The position numbers and the translations under genes were made by a program. A stretch of 64,000 bases of DNA from Candidatus Omnitrophota bacterium (GTDB lineage: Bacteria; Omnitrophota; Gorgyraeia; B26-G9). The notes beneath the pieces were generated by a model, which saw only the letters and a list, made by a program, of their open reading frames with translations, ran no database searches and was not told the origin of the DNA. Each line of letters begins with the position of its first letter. Within the stretch, counting starts at the first letter, position 1. Below are positions 37,894 to 47,691 of the stretch, one piece after another. Location: contig JAZDHZ010000033.1 of NCBI GenBank assembly GCA_043805415.1, positions 25,600 to 89,599 of the forward strand. Direction: 5' to 3'.

Positions 37894-38820
37894 ATGGACA
37901 GGGATATCATAGTTAAACCTAAAGTTTGTGTAATAATACCCAATAAAGATGGATTATCCCATCTGAAATATTCTTTACCATTACTAATGGGGACAAGCTA
38001 CGCAAATTATTGCTGTATCCTGGTAGATAATAACTCCAGAGATGAGTCGATTTCTTTTGTCAGAAATAATTATCCGGTTATTCAAATACTTGAAAATAAG
38101 CTTAAAAAAGGTTTTGCCAGTACTGTAAATATAGGGATAAAGCATGCTTTGGCGCAAAATGCTGAGTATATCGCGATTTTTAACAGCGATATAAAAGTGT
38201 TACCTCAATGGATAGATGTGGCTATGGATATTTTTAAAACACGAAAGAATGTAGGATTAGTCGGCTATACTGAAATATTAAAAGAAAATGAAAGTCTTTA
38301 CTATTCTGATCAAAAAACAGAAGTATCTTATCGGAAAGTAAAAAGGCTGTCCGGTTGTTTGTATCTTTGCCCTTCCACGGTTTTTAGACAAATAGGGTTT
38401 TTTGATGAAAAATATTTTATGTATGGCGAAGATAATGATTTTTTTTCCAGGTTAATACAGGCGGGATATGTGATTTTAGAGACAAATATCCCAGTGTGGC
38501 ATTATGGAGAAGGAGCTTCTCAGGGGAGAAGCTTTAAAATGACATGGCTGGCTTATCGTAATGCCATAAGGTATTCGCTTAAAAATGATAATTTTTTTGG
38601 TATTGTTAAAATGTTGCTATCGCTTTTAAATCAAGGGTGCAATCCTTTTATGCTTCGGAAGGTGAGTGATGCGTCTTCAAGAAGGATCAGACGGTATAAT
38701 CCGGTTGTAAATTTCCTGCTTATTTTAGCAAGCTGCGCGTGGAATTTATTAAATATAGTTCAAACTATTCAGGCAAGGCATAATTGTAGGCAGTTGATTA
38801 AGAAAATTAAACTTAATTAA
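37894..38820 (+). CDS. Family 2 glycosyltransferase
   Basis: VCVIIPNKDGLSHL...ILVDNNSRDES. The ATG at 37894 directly follows the upstream stop. The ORF track start at 37864 overlaps by 28 nt. Confidence 0.7.
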   Translation: MDRDIIVKPKVCVIIPNKDGLSHLKYSLPLLMGTSYANYCCILVDNNSRDESISFVRNNYPVIQILENKLKKGFASTVNIGIKHALAQNAEYIAIFNSDIKVLPQWIDVAMDIFKTRKNVGLVGYTEILKENESLYYSDQKTEVSYRKVKRLSGCLYLCPSTVFRQIGFFDEKYFMYGEDNDFFSRLIQAGYVILETNIPVWHYGEGASQGRSFKMTWLAYRNAIRYSLKNDNFFGIVKMLLSLLNQGCNPFMLRKVSDASSRRIRRYNPVVNFLLILASCAWNLLNIVQTIQARHNCRQLIKKIKLN

Positions 38821-38940
38821 TGTTTTAATTGAGCAGGGCATAAAAATAGTTTTAATTAGTCTGATAAAGATTTAGCTTCATCTTTGTTTTGCAATGAAAA
38901 TGAATGAAACTTAGAATTTTCTTAAAAAAGGTGTAATAGG

Positions 38941-40074
38941 ATGAAAGTTGCAATTCTAAATATTACTAATGGCGGAATAAGCGGCGGTTATAAAAAATAT
39001 CTTTTAAATATTATTCCTTGTTTAGCAGTTAATAGTAATATTAAATCATTACTATGCGTATCCCCAAGTTCTTTACATGTTGATACCTGGTTTAAATCAA
39101 TGCCCAAGGTGGAATTTGTAGATTGTTCTCCCCATGATTTTATTCAATATGGATTAGGCCGGACGTTAAAAGAAAAATTAAAACAATTTTCACCGGATTT
39201 AATTTTTGTTCCGGTTGCGAGAAGTTTTAGTTTTGAAGGTGTGCCTACTTTAAATATGATGCAGAACATATTTCCGTTTTTGCGCAATAAAGTTCAGGGT
39301 TTATCTTTTAGAGATAGGATTGTTTTTGCTCTGCAATATTTTGCATCAATAAGGGCTTTTAAGCAGGCTAAAAGAATAATCGTTACTTCAAATTTTGCTA
39401 AAGATTATTTAATAAATAACTTAGGCATTCCTTTGGATAAAATCTCATTAATATACTTTGGTAAGGATGCATATATTCAGAATAGTAGTAGACCGAACAG
39501 TATCCCTTTTGGCTTGGAGAAAAAGTTTTTGTTTACCGCGGGTTCTTTAGAATCATACCGCGGGGTTGAAGATATCATTGAAGCTGCGATATGTTTAAAG
39601 AATGATTTTCCTGATTTAAAGCTTGTAATTGCCGGTAAAGCAAGACCCGCAATGCAAGGATATCACAATAGACTATTAAGATTATGTGAGTCTTATGACT
39701 TGGCTGTTAACATTATTTGGGCAGGACAATTGAACCAGGTTGAGCTTGCCTGGTGTTATCAGAATTGCGCAGTGTTTATAATGACTACTCGAATGGAAAC
39801 ATTTGGAATGATAGCTCTTGAGGCAATGACTAATGGTTGTTTGTGTATCGCAGCGGATAATCCTCCATTACCAGAGATTTTCTTGGATTCTGCGTATTAC
39901 TATCCACCTAAGGATTATCGTGTTTTGGCAGATATAATTAAAAAGGTTTTAGTTTTAGATGATAAAACAAAGCTGGAGATAAAGAATAAAGCTAAAACCC
40001 GTGCTGATTATTTTACGTGGGATAAAGCTGCCGAAGGTTTGATAAAAGAATTTAAAGCGGTCATAAAAGGCTAG
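38941..40074 (+). CDS. Family 4 (GT-B) glycosyltransferase
   Basis: C-terminal GT1-type domain (E...E motif region FGMIALEAMTNGCLCIAAD). Confidence 0.7.
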   Translation: MKVAILNITNGGISGGYKKYLLNIIPCLAVNSNIKSLLCVSPSSLHVDTWFKSMPKVEFVDCSPHDFIQYGLGRTLKEKLKQFSPDLIFVPVARSFSFEGVPTLNMMQNIFPFLRNKVQGLSFRDRIVFALQYFASIRAFKQAKRIIVTSNFAKDYLINNLGIPLDKISLIYFGKDAYIQNSSRPNSIPFGLEKKFLFTAGSLESYRGVEDIIEAAICLKNDFPDLKLVIAGKARPAMQGYHNRLLRLCESYDLAVNIIWAGQLNQVELAWCYQNCAVFIMTTRMETFGMIALEAMTNGCLCIAADNPPLPEIFLDSAYYYPPKDYRVLADIIKKVLVLDDKTKLEIKNKAKTRADYFTWDKAAEGLIKEFKAVIKG

Positions 40075-40083
40075 GAAAATAAA

Positions 40084-41313
40084 ATGAAAATTTTGGTTGT
40101 AACTCAATACTTTTGGCCGGAAAATTTTCGGATCAATGATTTAACCGCCGGCTTAGTTGAAAAAGGGCATGAGGTTACGGTTTTAACCGGTATTCCTAAT
40201 TATCCAACAGGAAGTTTTTTTCCGGGGTATGGGATGTTTAAGAACATGAGGCAGGAATATCAGGGCGCAAGAATTATTCGAGTGCCGCTAATCCCTAGAG
40301 GGAAAAGCGGGAAACTTTCTCTAGTGTTAAATTATTTCTCGTTTGCTTTTTTTGCTAGTGTTATGGCTCCGTTTGTTTGCCGGGGGAAGTATGACCTGAT
40401 ATTTGTTTATCAGCTTTCACCTGTAACAGTTGCTATTCCGGCTTTATTATTAAAAAAATTGAAAGCATTACCAACAATACTCTGGGTGCAGGATCTTTGG
40501 CCGGAAAGTCTTTCCGCGACTGGTGCGGTAAACTCTTTGTTATTGTTGAAGTTAGTGGGAAAACTGGTTCATTGGATATACCATAAATCCGACTTAATCC
40601 TTGCGCAGTCAAAGGCGTTTATACCCTATATCAAAAATTTCGAAGTAAAACCAAGCAAAATTACGTATTTTCCCAACAATACAGAGGCTTTTTATCATCC
40701 GGTTGAGGTGGAAAAAGATGCGCCAGAACGCAAAAAAATTCCTCAAGGCTTTATTGTTATGTTTGCCGGTAATATTGGAGCTGCTCAGGATTTTCCCACG
40801 CTTATTTCCGCGGCGGAAAAATTAAAGAATTATCCGGATATATATTGGGTAATTCTCGGTGATGGAAGAAGGCGTCAATGGGCTGAAGAAGAGGTGCAAG
40901 CGCGAAATTTAAGTCAAAAATTTATATTTTTAGGCAGGCATGCTCCTGAAAATATGCCGCGGTATTTTGCTTTAGCCGATGTTTTGCTTGTTACGCTTAA
41001 AGATGAGGAAATATTTAAGCTTACTGTCCCATCAAAAGTTCAGTCATATCTGGCATGTGCTAAGCCGATCATTGCTTCATTGGCTGGGGAAGGGGCAAGG
41101 ATTATTGAAGAGGCTGGAGCCGGATTTTCCTGTAAGCCGGAAGATCCTCTATCTCTTGCGCAATTGGTTTTAAATGTGTATAATATGCCAAAAGACGAGT
41201 TGTACAGAATGGGAATAAAGGCAAGAAAGTATTTTGAAAAGTATTTCGAACGATATAAGCTTTTAGATCAGCTAAACGAAATAATTGTTGGCTTAAAAGG
41301 AGCAAAAAGATAA
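40084..41313 (+). CDS. Family 4 glycosyltransferase, WbuB/WcaI-like (L-FucNAc/L-RhaNAc/L-QuiNAc-type transferase candidate)
   Basis: MKILVVTQYFWPENFRINDL is the characteristic WbuB/WcaI N-terminus. It is adjacent to the UDP-2-acetamido-2,6-dideoxy-L-hexose pathway genes. Confidence 0.75.
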   Translation: MKILVVTQYFWPENFRINDLTAGLVEKGHEVTVLTGIPNYPTGSFFPGYGMFKNMRQEYQGARIIRVPLIPRGKSGKLSLVLNYFSFAFFASVMAPFVCRGKYDLIFVYQLSPVTVAIPALLLKKLKALPTILWVQDLWPESLSATGAVNSLLLLKLVGKLVHWIYHKSDLILAQSKAFIPYIKNFEVKPSKITYFPNNTEAFYHPVEVEKDAPERKKIPQGFIVMFAGNIGAAQDFPTLISAAEKLKNYPDIYWVILGDGRRRQWAEEEVQARNLSQKFIFLGRHAPENMPRYFALADVLLVTLKDEEIFKLTVPSKVQSYLACAKPIIASLAGEGARIIEEAGAGFSCKPEDPLSLAQLVLNVYNMPKDELYRMGIKARKYFEKYFERYKLLDQLNEIIVGLKGAKR

Positions 41314-42191
41314 TGCGTATATTGATTTTTGGCGGAAGCGGGATGCTGGGCCATACACTATGGGAGCATTTATCTGTTTGTTTTCCTGAAACATTTGTAG
41401 TGATAAGGCATAGCCGCGAGACCTATAAAGGGTTTAAACTGTTTGAAGACTCCGAACATGTAGTTGATAATATCGACGGCATGGATTTTCCCATAGTTGA
41501 AAGTGTCTTAAGTAAGGTAAAGCCGGATATTATTCTTAACTGTATTGGGATTACTAAACGCCACGAAACGAAAAATGATCCAATAGCTAGTATTACTCTG
41601 AATTCGCTTTTTCCTCATAAGTTAGCAAAATGGGGCAATAATAATAACGCTAAAGTGATTAGTTTTAGTACGGATTGTGTTTTTGATGGAAAATCCGGTC
41701 ACTATACTGAGGAAAGCCTGACTTCTGCCGAAGATATTTATGGAAAAACAAAAGCATTGGGAGAAGTCAAGATCGGTAATGCTCTGACATTACGGTCCTC
41801 TTTTATTGGTCCTGAGTTGTTGCATGGTTCAGAGCTTCTGGAATGGTTTCTTGCTCAGACGGGAACTGTTAAGGGGTTTAGAAAGGCCATTTATTCCGGG
41901 CTAACCACCTTAGAATTGTGCAGAGTAGTGGAGAAGATTATTTCTGATTACCCGGAGGCAAAAGGACTTTATCATGTATCCAGCGAACCAATTACAAAAT
42001 TTGATTTATTATTATTGATCAAGAAAAAAATGGGGCTTAGTATTGAGATTATTCCAGAAGACAATTTTTATTGTGACCGCAGTTTAGACTCTTCTAGATT
42101 CCGTGGGGAGTTTAATTATACGCCTCCATCATGGGAAACTATGATTGATGAACTGGCAGCAGAGTTGAAAGGAAAAAACGATGATTCTTAA
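41313..42191 (+). CDS. RmlD-like NAD(P)H 4-ketoreductase (WbvR-type UDP-4-keto-6-deoxy-L-HexNAc reductase candidate)
   Basis: MRILIFGGSGMLGH... and dTDP-4-dehydrorhamnose-reductase family length (292 aa). Confidence 0.6.
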   Translation: MRILIFGGSGMLGHTLWEHLSVCFPETFVVIRHSRETYKGFKLFEDSEHVVDNIDGMDFPIVESVLSKVKPDIILNCIGITKRHETKNDPIASITLNSLFPHKLAKWGNNNNAKVISFSTDCVFDGKSGHYTEESLTSAEDIYGKTKALGEVKIGNALTLRSSFIGPELLHGSELLEWFLAQTGTVKGFRKAIYSGLTTLELCRVVEKIISDYPEAKGLYHVSSEPITKFDLLLLIKKKMGLSIEIIPEDNFYCDRSLDSSRFRGEFNYTPPSWETMIDELAAELKGKNDDS

Positions 42192-43248
42192 AGGGAAAAC
42201 TATTCTAGTAATTGGCGGTACAGGGTCTTTAGGAAAAGTTTTTGTTAAAAGGGTATTGAGCGGAAAACTCGGGACTCCCAAAAAAGTAATAGTGATGTCT
42301 CGTGATGAAGCAAAACAGCATGATATGCGCATGTCCTATTTACATAAACTGGTTGCTACTGATGAGGTTATTTATAATAATTTCAAAAACGCGCTGGAGT
42401 TTCGAATCGGAGATGTTCGTGATTACGCGGATGTTTGTTCCGCAGTAAAAAACGCGGACATTGTTGTTAACGCGGCAGCGTTAAAACAGGTTCCGACATG
42501 CGAGTATTTTCCCACACAGGCAGTTTTGACAAATTGCATAGGTGCTTCAAATATAGTACGCGCTATTGAAGAGAACAGTTATCAGGTTGATACTGTTATC
42601 GGTGTTAGTACAGATAAAGCTTGTAAACCGCTAAATGTTATGGGAATGACTAAAGCGGTTCAGGAAAGAATCTTTATATCGGCAAATATCTTAAATCCAG
42701 GAACCCGTTTTGTTTGTGTTCGTTATGGTAATGTTCTAGCTTCACGCGGTTCAGTTATTCCTCTTTTCCATGAACAAATTAAAAATAATGGGCCTGTAAC
42801 AGTAACGGTTCCGGAAATGACCCGGTTTTTATTGAGCTTGAATCAGGCAGTGGATACTTTATTTGCGGCATTACGTTTTGCGAAAAAAGGGGAAACATAT
42901 GTGCCTAATGTACCTGCTTCAACAGTGATTAATGTGGCAAAGGCATTGATCGGCCAAAGAAAAATAAATATAAAAATTACCGGTATTCGGCCCGCGGAAA
43001 AAATGCATGAGATAATGGTTTCGGAAGAGGAAGCAACGCATTGTGTTCGGCGGGGAAATTATTACGCTATATTACCAATGCTTCCGGAATTGCGGAAACT
43101 TGGCAAAACTGAATCTCGCGCTTTAAAAAAAGAATTTAGTTCCGAGGATACCGCGCTTGATTTGAACGGAACCATTGCTTTGTTAAAGCAACATAAGCTG
43201 ATGGTTGAGGATATTGATCTGTCACAGGGTGAGGAATTACTCCGATAG
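42181..43248 (+). CDS. fnlA: UDP-N-acetylglucosamine 4,6-dehydratase/5-epimerase (FnlA/Cap5E/WbvB-type)
   Basis: ILVIGGTGSLGK...AAALKQVPTCEYFP...RYGNVLASRGSVIPLF is highly similar to Cap5E/FnlA. Confidence 0.88.
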   Translation: MILKGKTILVIGGTGSLGKVFVKRVLSGKLGTPKKVIVMSRDEAKQHDMRMSYLHKLVATDEVIYNNFKNALEFRIGDVRDYADVCSAVKNADIVVNAAALKQVPTCEYFPTQAVLTNCIGASNIVRAIEENSYQVDTVIGVSTDKACKPLNVMGMTKAVQERIFISANILNPGTRFVCVRYGNVLASRGSVIPLFHEQIKNNGPVTVTVPEMTRFLLSLNQAVDTLFAALRFAKKGETYVPNVPASTVINVAKALIGQRKINIKITGIRPAEKMHEIMVSEEEATHCVRRGNYYAILPMLPELRKLGKTESRALKKEFSSEDTALDLNGTIALLKQHKLMVEDIDLSQGEELLR

Positions 43249-43275
43249 GTTGTTTTTGTAAGAAAGGATAAATTT

Positions 43276-44397
43276 ATGAAAATTATGACTATAGTTGGCA
43301 CACGTCCGGAAATTATCAAGCTTAGTCGAGTAATGAGTGAAATAGAAAAATACCATAAACATATTCTTGTTCATACTGGGCAGAATTATGATTATGAGCT
43401 TAATGAAATTTTTTTTAAAGAAATGGGTGTTAGAAAACCTGATTATTTTCTCAATGCTGTAGGCAAGACACTGGCGGAAACTATTGGGAATGTCATCGCA
43501 AAATCTGATAAGATTATGGAAAAGGAATTGCCCGAGGCAGTTCTTCTTTATGGAGACACTAACAGCTGTTTGTCTGTAATTGCCGCGAAAAGGCGGAAAA
43601 TACCGGTTTTTCATATGGAAGCCGGCAATCGCTGTTTTGATCAGCGGGTTCCTGAGGAATTAAACCGGAGAATAGTGGATCATTTAAGTGATATTAATAT
43701 GACGCTTACGGAACATGCTCGCAGATATTTGATTGCTGAGGGGGTAAAGCCGGAAACAATCATAAAAACAGGTTCACCGATCAAAGAGATTCTGGATTTT
43801 TATATGCCGTCTATTTTAAAATCAACAGTGTTAGAGAAATTAGAATTGAGTGAGGGTAAATATTTTGTCGTAAGCGCGCATCGTGAAGAAAATATAGATA
43901 GTGAACAAAATTTTAGTGATTTGCTCGATGCTTTAAATAAAATAGCGCGTACGTTTAAAAAGAAAATAATTGTTTCGACGCATCCTCGAACCAGAAAGAA
44001 ACTGGAAAGCGGAAAAAAGAAAAATTTTGATTCCAGGATATCTTTCCTCAAGCCGCTGGGTTTTTTTGATTATATCAAGTTACAGATGAATGCCGCTTGT
44101 GTAATATCTGATAGCGGGACTATAACAGAGGAGTCGTCGATACTTAATTTTCCGGCGGTAACGATTCGTCAGGCTCATGAGCGTCCTGAAGGAGTCGACG
44201 AGGGGACTTTGATCATGTGCGGACTGAAAGCTAACGATATTATTAATGCGATTAAGACTGTAACTGCTCAGTATTCAAAGAGTAACCGTCAATTTAAAAT
44301 AATCCCGGATTATGATGTGGATAATGTTTCCAAGAAAGTATTGAGAATTATTATGAGCTATACGGATTATATAAACCGCACGGTGTGGTATAAGTAA
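43276..44397 (+). CDS. wecB: UDP-N-acetylglucosamine (UDP-2-acetamido-2,6-dideoxy-L-hexose) 2-epimerase, non-hydrolysing
   Basis: MKIMTIVGTRPEIIKLSRV...HTGQNYDYELN...VSAHREEN are WecB/Cap5G/FnlC hallmarks. Confidence 0.88.
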   Translation: MKIMTIVGTRPEIIKLSRVMSEIEKYHKHILVHTGQNYDYELNEIFFKEMGVRKPDYFLNAVGKTLAETIGNVIAKSDKIMEKELPEAVLLYGDTNSCLSVIAAKRRKIPVFHMEAGNRCFDQRVPEELNRRIVDHLSDINMTLTEHARRYLIAEGVKPETIIKTGSPIKEILDFYMPSILKSTVLEKLELSEGKYFVVSAHREENIDSEQNFSDLLDALNKIARTFKKKIIVSTHPRTRKKLESGKKKNFDSRISFLKPLGFFDYIKLQMNAACVISDSGTITEESSILNFPAVTIRQAHERPEGVDEGTLIMCGLKANDIINAIKTVTAQYSKSNRQFKIIPDYDVDNVSKKVLRIIMSYTDYINRTVWYK

Positions 44398-44497
44398 ACC
44401 GTATTTTTCAGTTTTAAACGATAATGACTTTAATAACTGAGGATTTGTTGTCTTCAATCTGTGTGTATTTTATGGTTATTTTGTTTGAGGATTCGTG

Positions 44498-44506
44498 TGC
44501 TATAAT
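44498..44506 (+). promoter_or_regulatory. Extended -10 promoter element TGcTATAAT
   Basis: TGCTATAAT at 44498-44506 in the 210 bp gap, about 100 nt upstream of the strongly SD-led small ORF. Confidence 0.4.
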
Positions 44507-44607
44507 ATATGCTATATTCCTGTAGTTTGGGCTTATGAGTCATATTTTAAATTAAAATCATTGATTTGTTAATATGGGCCAAAATGAAAATTTAAAAAGG
44601 GGGCAGG

Positions 44608-44826
44608 ATGTTTAATTTAAAAAGGAATTTTTATTTCCGATTATGTATGGTTATTTTAATCTGTATGTTTTTCACAAAAAACGCTTATGCTTATTTAGAT
44701 CCGGGAACTGGAAGTTATATTATACAAGTATTAATTGGCATTGTGATGGGCGGGATTATTACCATTAAGTTCTATTGGAAAAGGATTAAAGATTTTTTAA
44801 AGAATCTCTTTAACCCGCAAAAGTGA
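44608..44826 (+). CDS. Small single-pass membrane protein (72 aa), translationally coupled to downstream gene
   Basis: Strong SD AAAGGGGG 5 nt upstream of the ATG, one hydrophobic helix, and the stop overlaps the next start (ATGA). Confidence 0.5.
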   Translation: MFNLKRNFYFRLCMVILICMFFTKNAYAYLDPGTGSYIIQVLIGIVMGGIITIKFYWKRIKDFLKNLFNPQK

Positions 44827-46208
44827 TGAAACTTATTAAACCTATTCAAAGCTCTTTTAGAGATCCGAGCGGTTTCCTTTTTTTTCGGAATGGCTTGCTG
44901 TGTCGTCAGATAAATAAAATATATAAGGAAGAGTATGATCATTTGATGATCTCAGGCCTTTATAATAGGCTTGTAAAAGAGAAATTACTTATACCGCATG
45001 TTGAAACAGAGGGGATAGCCGGACAAATTGAAGCCTATAAAATTGTTCAACCAGAATTCATACCTTTCATTTCCTATCCTTACGAATGGTGTTTCAGCCA
45101 GTTAAAGGACGCAGCTTTAACAACATTAAAGATACAAAAAATAGCTATTGAATCAGGTATGTCTTTGAAGGACGCAAGTGCGTATAATATACAATTTAAC
45201 GAGGGCAAACCTGTATTAATAGATACTCTGTCTTTTGAAAAATATAATGAAGGCAAGCCTTGGATTGCGTATAGACAGTTTTGCCAGCATTTTCTTGCGC
45301 CTTTATCTTTGATGAGCCTTACCGATGTTCGAATGAGCCAACTTTTTAGGGTGTATATAGATGGTATCCCTTTAGATTTGGCGAGTCTATTATTACCTAA
45401 AAATAGCTGGTTAAGGTTTTCTTTATTTTTTCACATTCACATTCATGCTAGAGGACAGAAACATTTTGCTGACAAGCAAGTTGATACACAAAGGCATAAA
45501 TTAAGTAAATTGTCCTTATTGGGAATAATTGAAAATCTTGAAAAAACAATACAAAAATTCAACTGGAGACCTAAGGGAACTGAATGGGCTGATTATTACG
45601 CTAATACTAATTATTCTGCTGAGGCGCTACAGCATAAAAAGGATATTGTAGCCGAATTCTTGTCCAAAGCTGATCCGAAAACTGTATGGGATATTGGCGC
45701 CAATGAAGGGGTATTTAGCGGTATTGCCAGTGATAAAGGGATAAAGGTGGTATCTTTTGATAACGATCCTGCGGCAGTGGAAAAAAATTACCTTAAGTGT
45801 AAATTACAAGAAGAAACAAATACTCTGCCTTTGTTGATCGACATAACTAATCCGAGCCCGGGCATCGGATGGGAAAATGAGGAAAGAGAGTCTTTTATAA
45901 AACGCGGTCCCGTGGATATGGTTTTGGCACTGGCCTTGGTACATCATTTAGCGATCTCTAATAATGTCCCATTAAATAAAATCGCTAACTTTTTTAGCAA
46001 TATTTGTACTTGGTTGGTTATTGAATTTATTCCCAAATGTGATTCGCAGGTCCAAAGGCTTTTGGCAAACAGGGCGGATATCTTTTCGAATTATACTCAG
46101 CAGGATTTTGAAGTTTCTTTCCAAGATGATTTTTTAATACTCCAAAAGGTACGGAATATAGACTCTCAGCGCATACTTTATCTTATGAAAAAAAAGGGGC
46201 ATGATTAA
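44823..46208 (+). CDS. Bifunctional kinase-like (N-terminal) / class I SAM methyltransferase (C-terminal) protein
   Basis: N-terminal Gly-rich FRDPSGFLFF, LKDASAYN (D-x4-N catalytic-loop spacing) and LIDTLSFE (DFG-equivalent) fit a protein-kinase/APH/Kdo-kinase-like fold. C-terminal VWDIGANEGVFS is SAM motif I. Confidence 0.55.
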   Translation: MMKLIKPIQSSFRDPSGFLFFRNGLLCRQINKIYKEEYDHLMISGLYNRLVKEKLLIPHVETEGIAGQIEAYKIVQPEFIPFISYPYEWCFSQLKDAALTTLKIQKIAIESGMSLKDASAYNIQFNEGKPVLIDTLSFEKYNEGKPWIAYRQFCQHFLAPLSLMSLTDVRMSQLFRVYIDGIPLDLASLLLPKNSWLRFSLFFHIHIHARGQKHFADKQVDTQRHKLSKLSLLGIIENLEKTIQKFNWRPKGTEWADYYANTNYSAEALQHKKDIVAEFLSKADPKTVWDIGANEGVFSGIASDKGIKVVSFDNDPAAVEKNYLKCKLQEETNTLPLLIDITNPSPGIGWENEERESFIKRGPVDMVLALALVHHLAISNNVPLNKIANFFSNICTWLVIEFIPKCDSQVQRLLANRADIFSNYTQQDFEVSFQDDFLILQKVRNIDSQRILYLMKKKGHD

Positions 46209-47607
46209 TAAAATAACGATACATCCATATTGTTTCGCATTATATTATATATTACTTGCAGCTACCACGCAATTCAGGCCGGCTTTATTGAATTTATTTT
46301 TTTCGACTTTAATTCTATTAGCGCTAGTGTTGGTATTCCATCTGATATTGTGGTTCAGGCTTAGGGATATTTTGAAGGCCGGGATTATCGTTACTATTAT
46401 TTTATTCTCGTTTTTATTTTATTCACAGATATATCAGATGGTTTCTGATATATCTACTAAATTAGCCAGGCACAGATTTCTCGTTTTTGGAGTATTAACT
46501 TTTACGATTTCATCAATTTTTTTCATTACAAAGACAAAAAAAAAGCTGTGTAATCTTAATTCCTATCTTAATCTTGTTTCCGTGGCATATGTTATTTATG
46601 GAATAATACTGGTATCCCAAACATACGCAAAGCCTTATGATAGTTCGCTGGAAAATCAAGTTTATGATATTAAATTCGAAAAAAGTGCGAGTAGCGTGGA
46701 GGAAATAAAGAAATTACCGGATATTTATTATATTATTTTAGATAGCTATACCAGTTCAGCTGCTCTAAAGAAATACTTTAGTTATGATAATAATGAGTTT
46801 GTGCATAATTTACAAAAAAGAGGATTCTATGTAGCAGAAACTAGCCGTTCGTTTGCAAATTCCACTGCTATTTCCATAGCTTCAACCTTTAATATGACTA
46901 ATGATCATAGATTATTAGCTGAACCTACCGAAATTTGCATGAAATTAATCGAAAATAGTTTGGTAGTAAAATATTTGAGCTCCCGATCATATGAAATAAC
47001 AAATTATTCTTTATTTTGCTTAGCTGATAAACAGCCATATTATACATATTTTTCATCTTTCAATGGATTCAATCCCTGGAAAATGTTAGAAAATAACCTT
47101 TTCAATGTAGCCTTCCAAAATTTTCAAAACGGAGATATGTATAAGATTAATAAGAGCATAATTTTCGAATTAAAGCGAATGCCCGAGGTCAGGCAAAATC
47201 AGCCGAGATTTATATATGCTCACCTGTTTATTCCTCATGAGCCTATGATATTAGATCGGGAGACAAACATTATTCCGTGGTGGAAACGCAAAAGTATTTT
47301 AGATAAGAAGGCCTATGTTGAACAGGTGCAAGGAACAAATAAGTTAGTTTTGGAAGTAATCGATAATATATTGGGTAAATCAAAAGTTCAGCCAGTTATT
47401 ATTATACAAGGAGATCACGGGTATAGACATGGGGAACATTCCAAGGTGACCGGTTTTTCCATATTAAATGCTTATTATCTTCCTGATAAGGATTATAAAT
47501 ATTTATATCCGAACGTTTCTCCTTTTAATTCTTTTAGGATAATATTCAATCTATATCTAAAGACTAAATATGAATTATTAAAGGATGATTATTGGGGCAA
47601 TGAATAA
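46201..47607 (+). CDS. Membrane-anchored sulfatase/alkaline-phosphatase-superfamily transferase (LtaS/EptA/OpgB-like phospho-substituent transferase candidate)
   Basis: Five N-terminal TM helices, then IILDSYTS (sulfatase N-terminal motif) and QGDHGY near the C-terminus. Confidence 0.6.
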   Translation: MINKITIHPYCFALYYILLAATTQFRPALLNLFFSTLILLALVLVFHLILWFRLRDILKAGIIVTIILFSFLFYSQIYQMVSDISTKLARHRFLVFGVLTFTISSIFFITKTKKKLCNLNSYLNLVSVAYVIYGIILVSQTYAKPYDSSLENQVYDIKFEKSASSVEEIKKLPDIYYIILDSYTSSAALKKYFSYDNNEFVHNLQKRGFYVAETSRSFANSTAISIASTFNMTNDHRLLAEPTEICMKLIENSLVVKYLSSRSYEITNYSLFCLADKQPYYTYFSSFNGFNPWKMLENNLFNVAFQNFQNGDMYKINKSIIFELKRMPEVRQNQPRFIYAHLFIPHEPMILDRETNIIPWWKRKSILDKKAYVEQVQGTNKLVLEVIDNILGKSKVQPVIIIQGDHGYRHGEHSKVTGFSILNAYYLPDKDYKYLYPNVSPFNSFRIIFNLYLKTKYELLKDDYWGNE

Positions 47608-47691
47608 AAATACAATCCTATTTGCTTTCGAGTTGGCTGTTTTTAAGGCGCTGTTTACTCTTGAACAGGGGATTAGGGAAACTGTAACATA

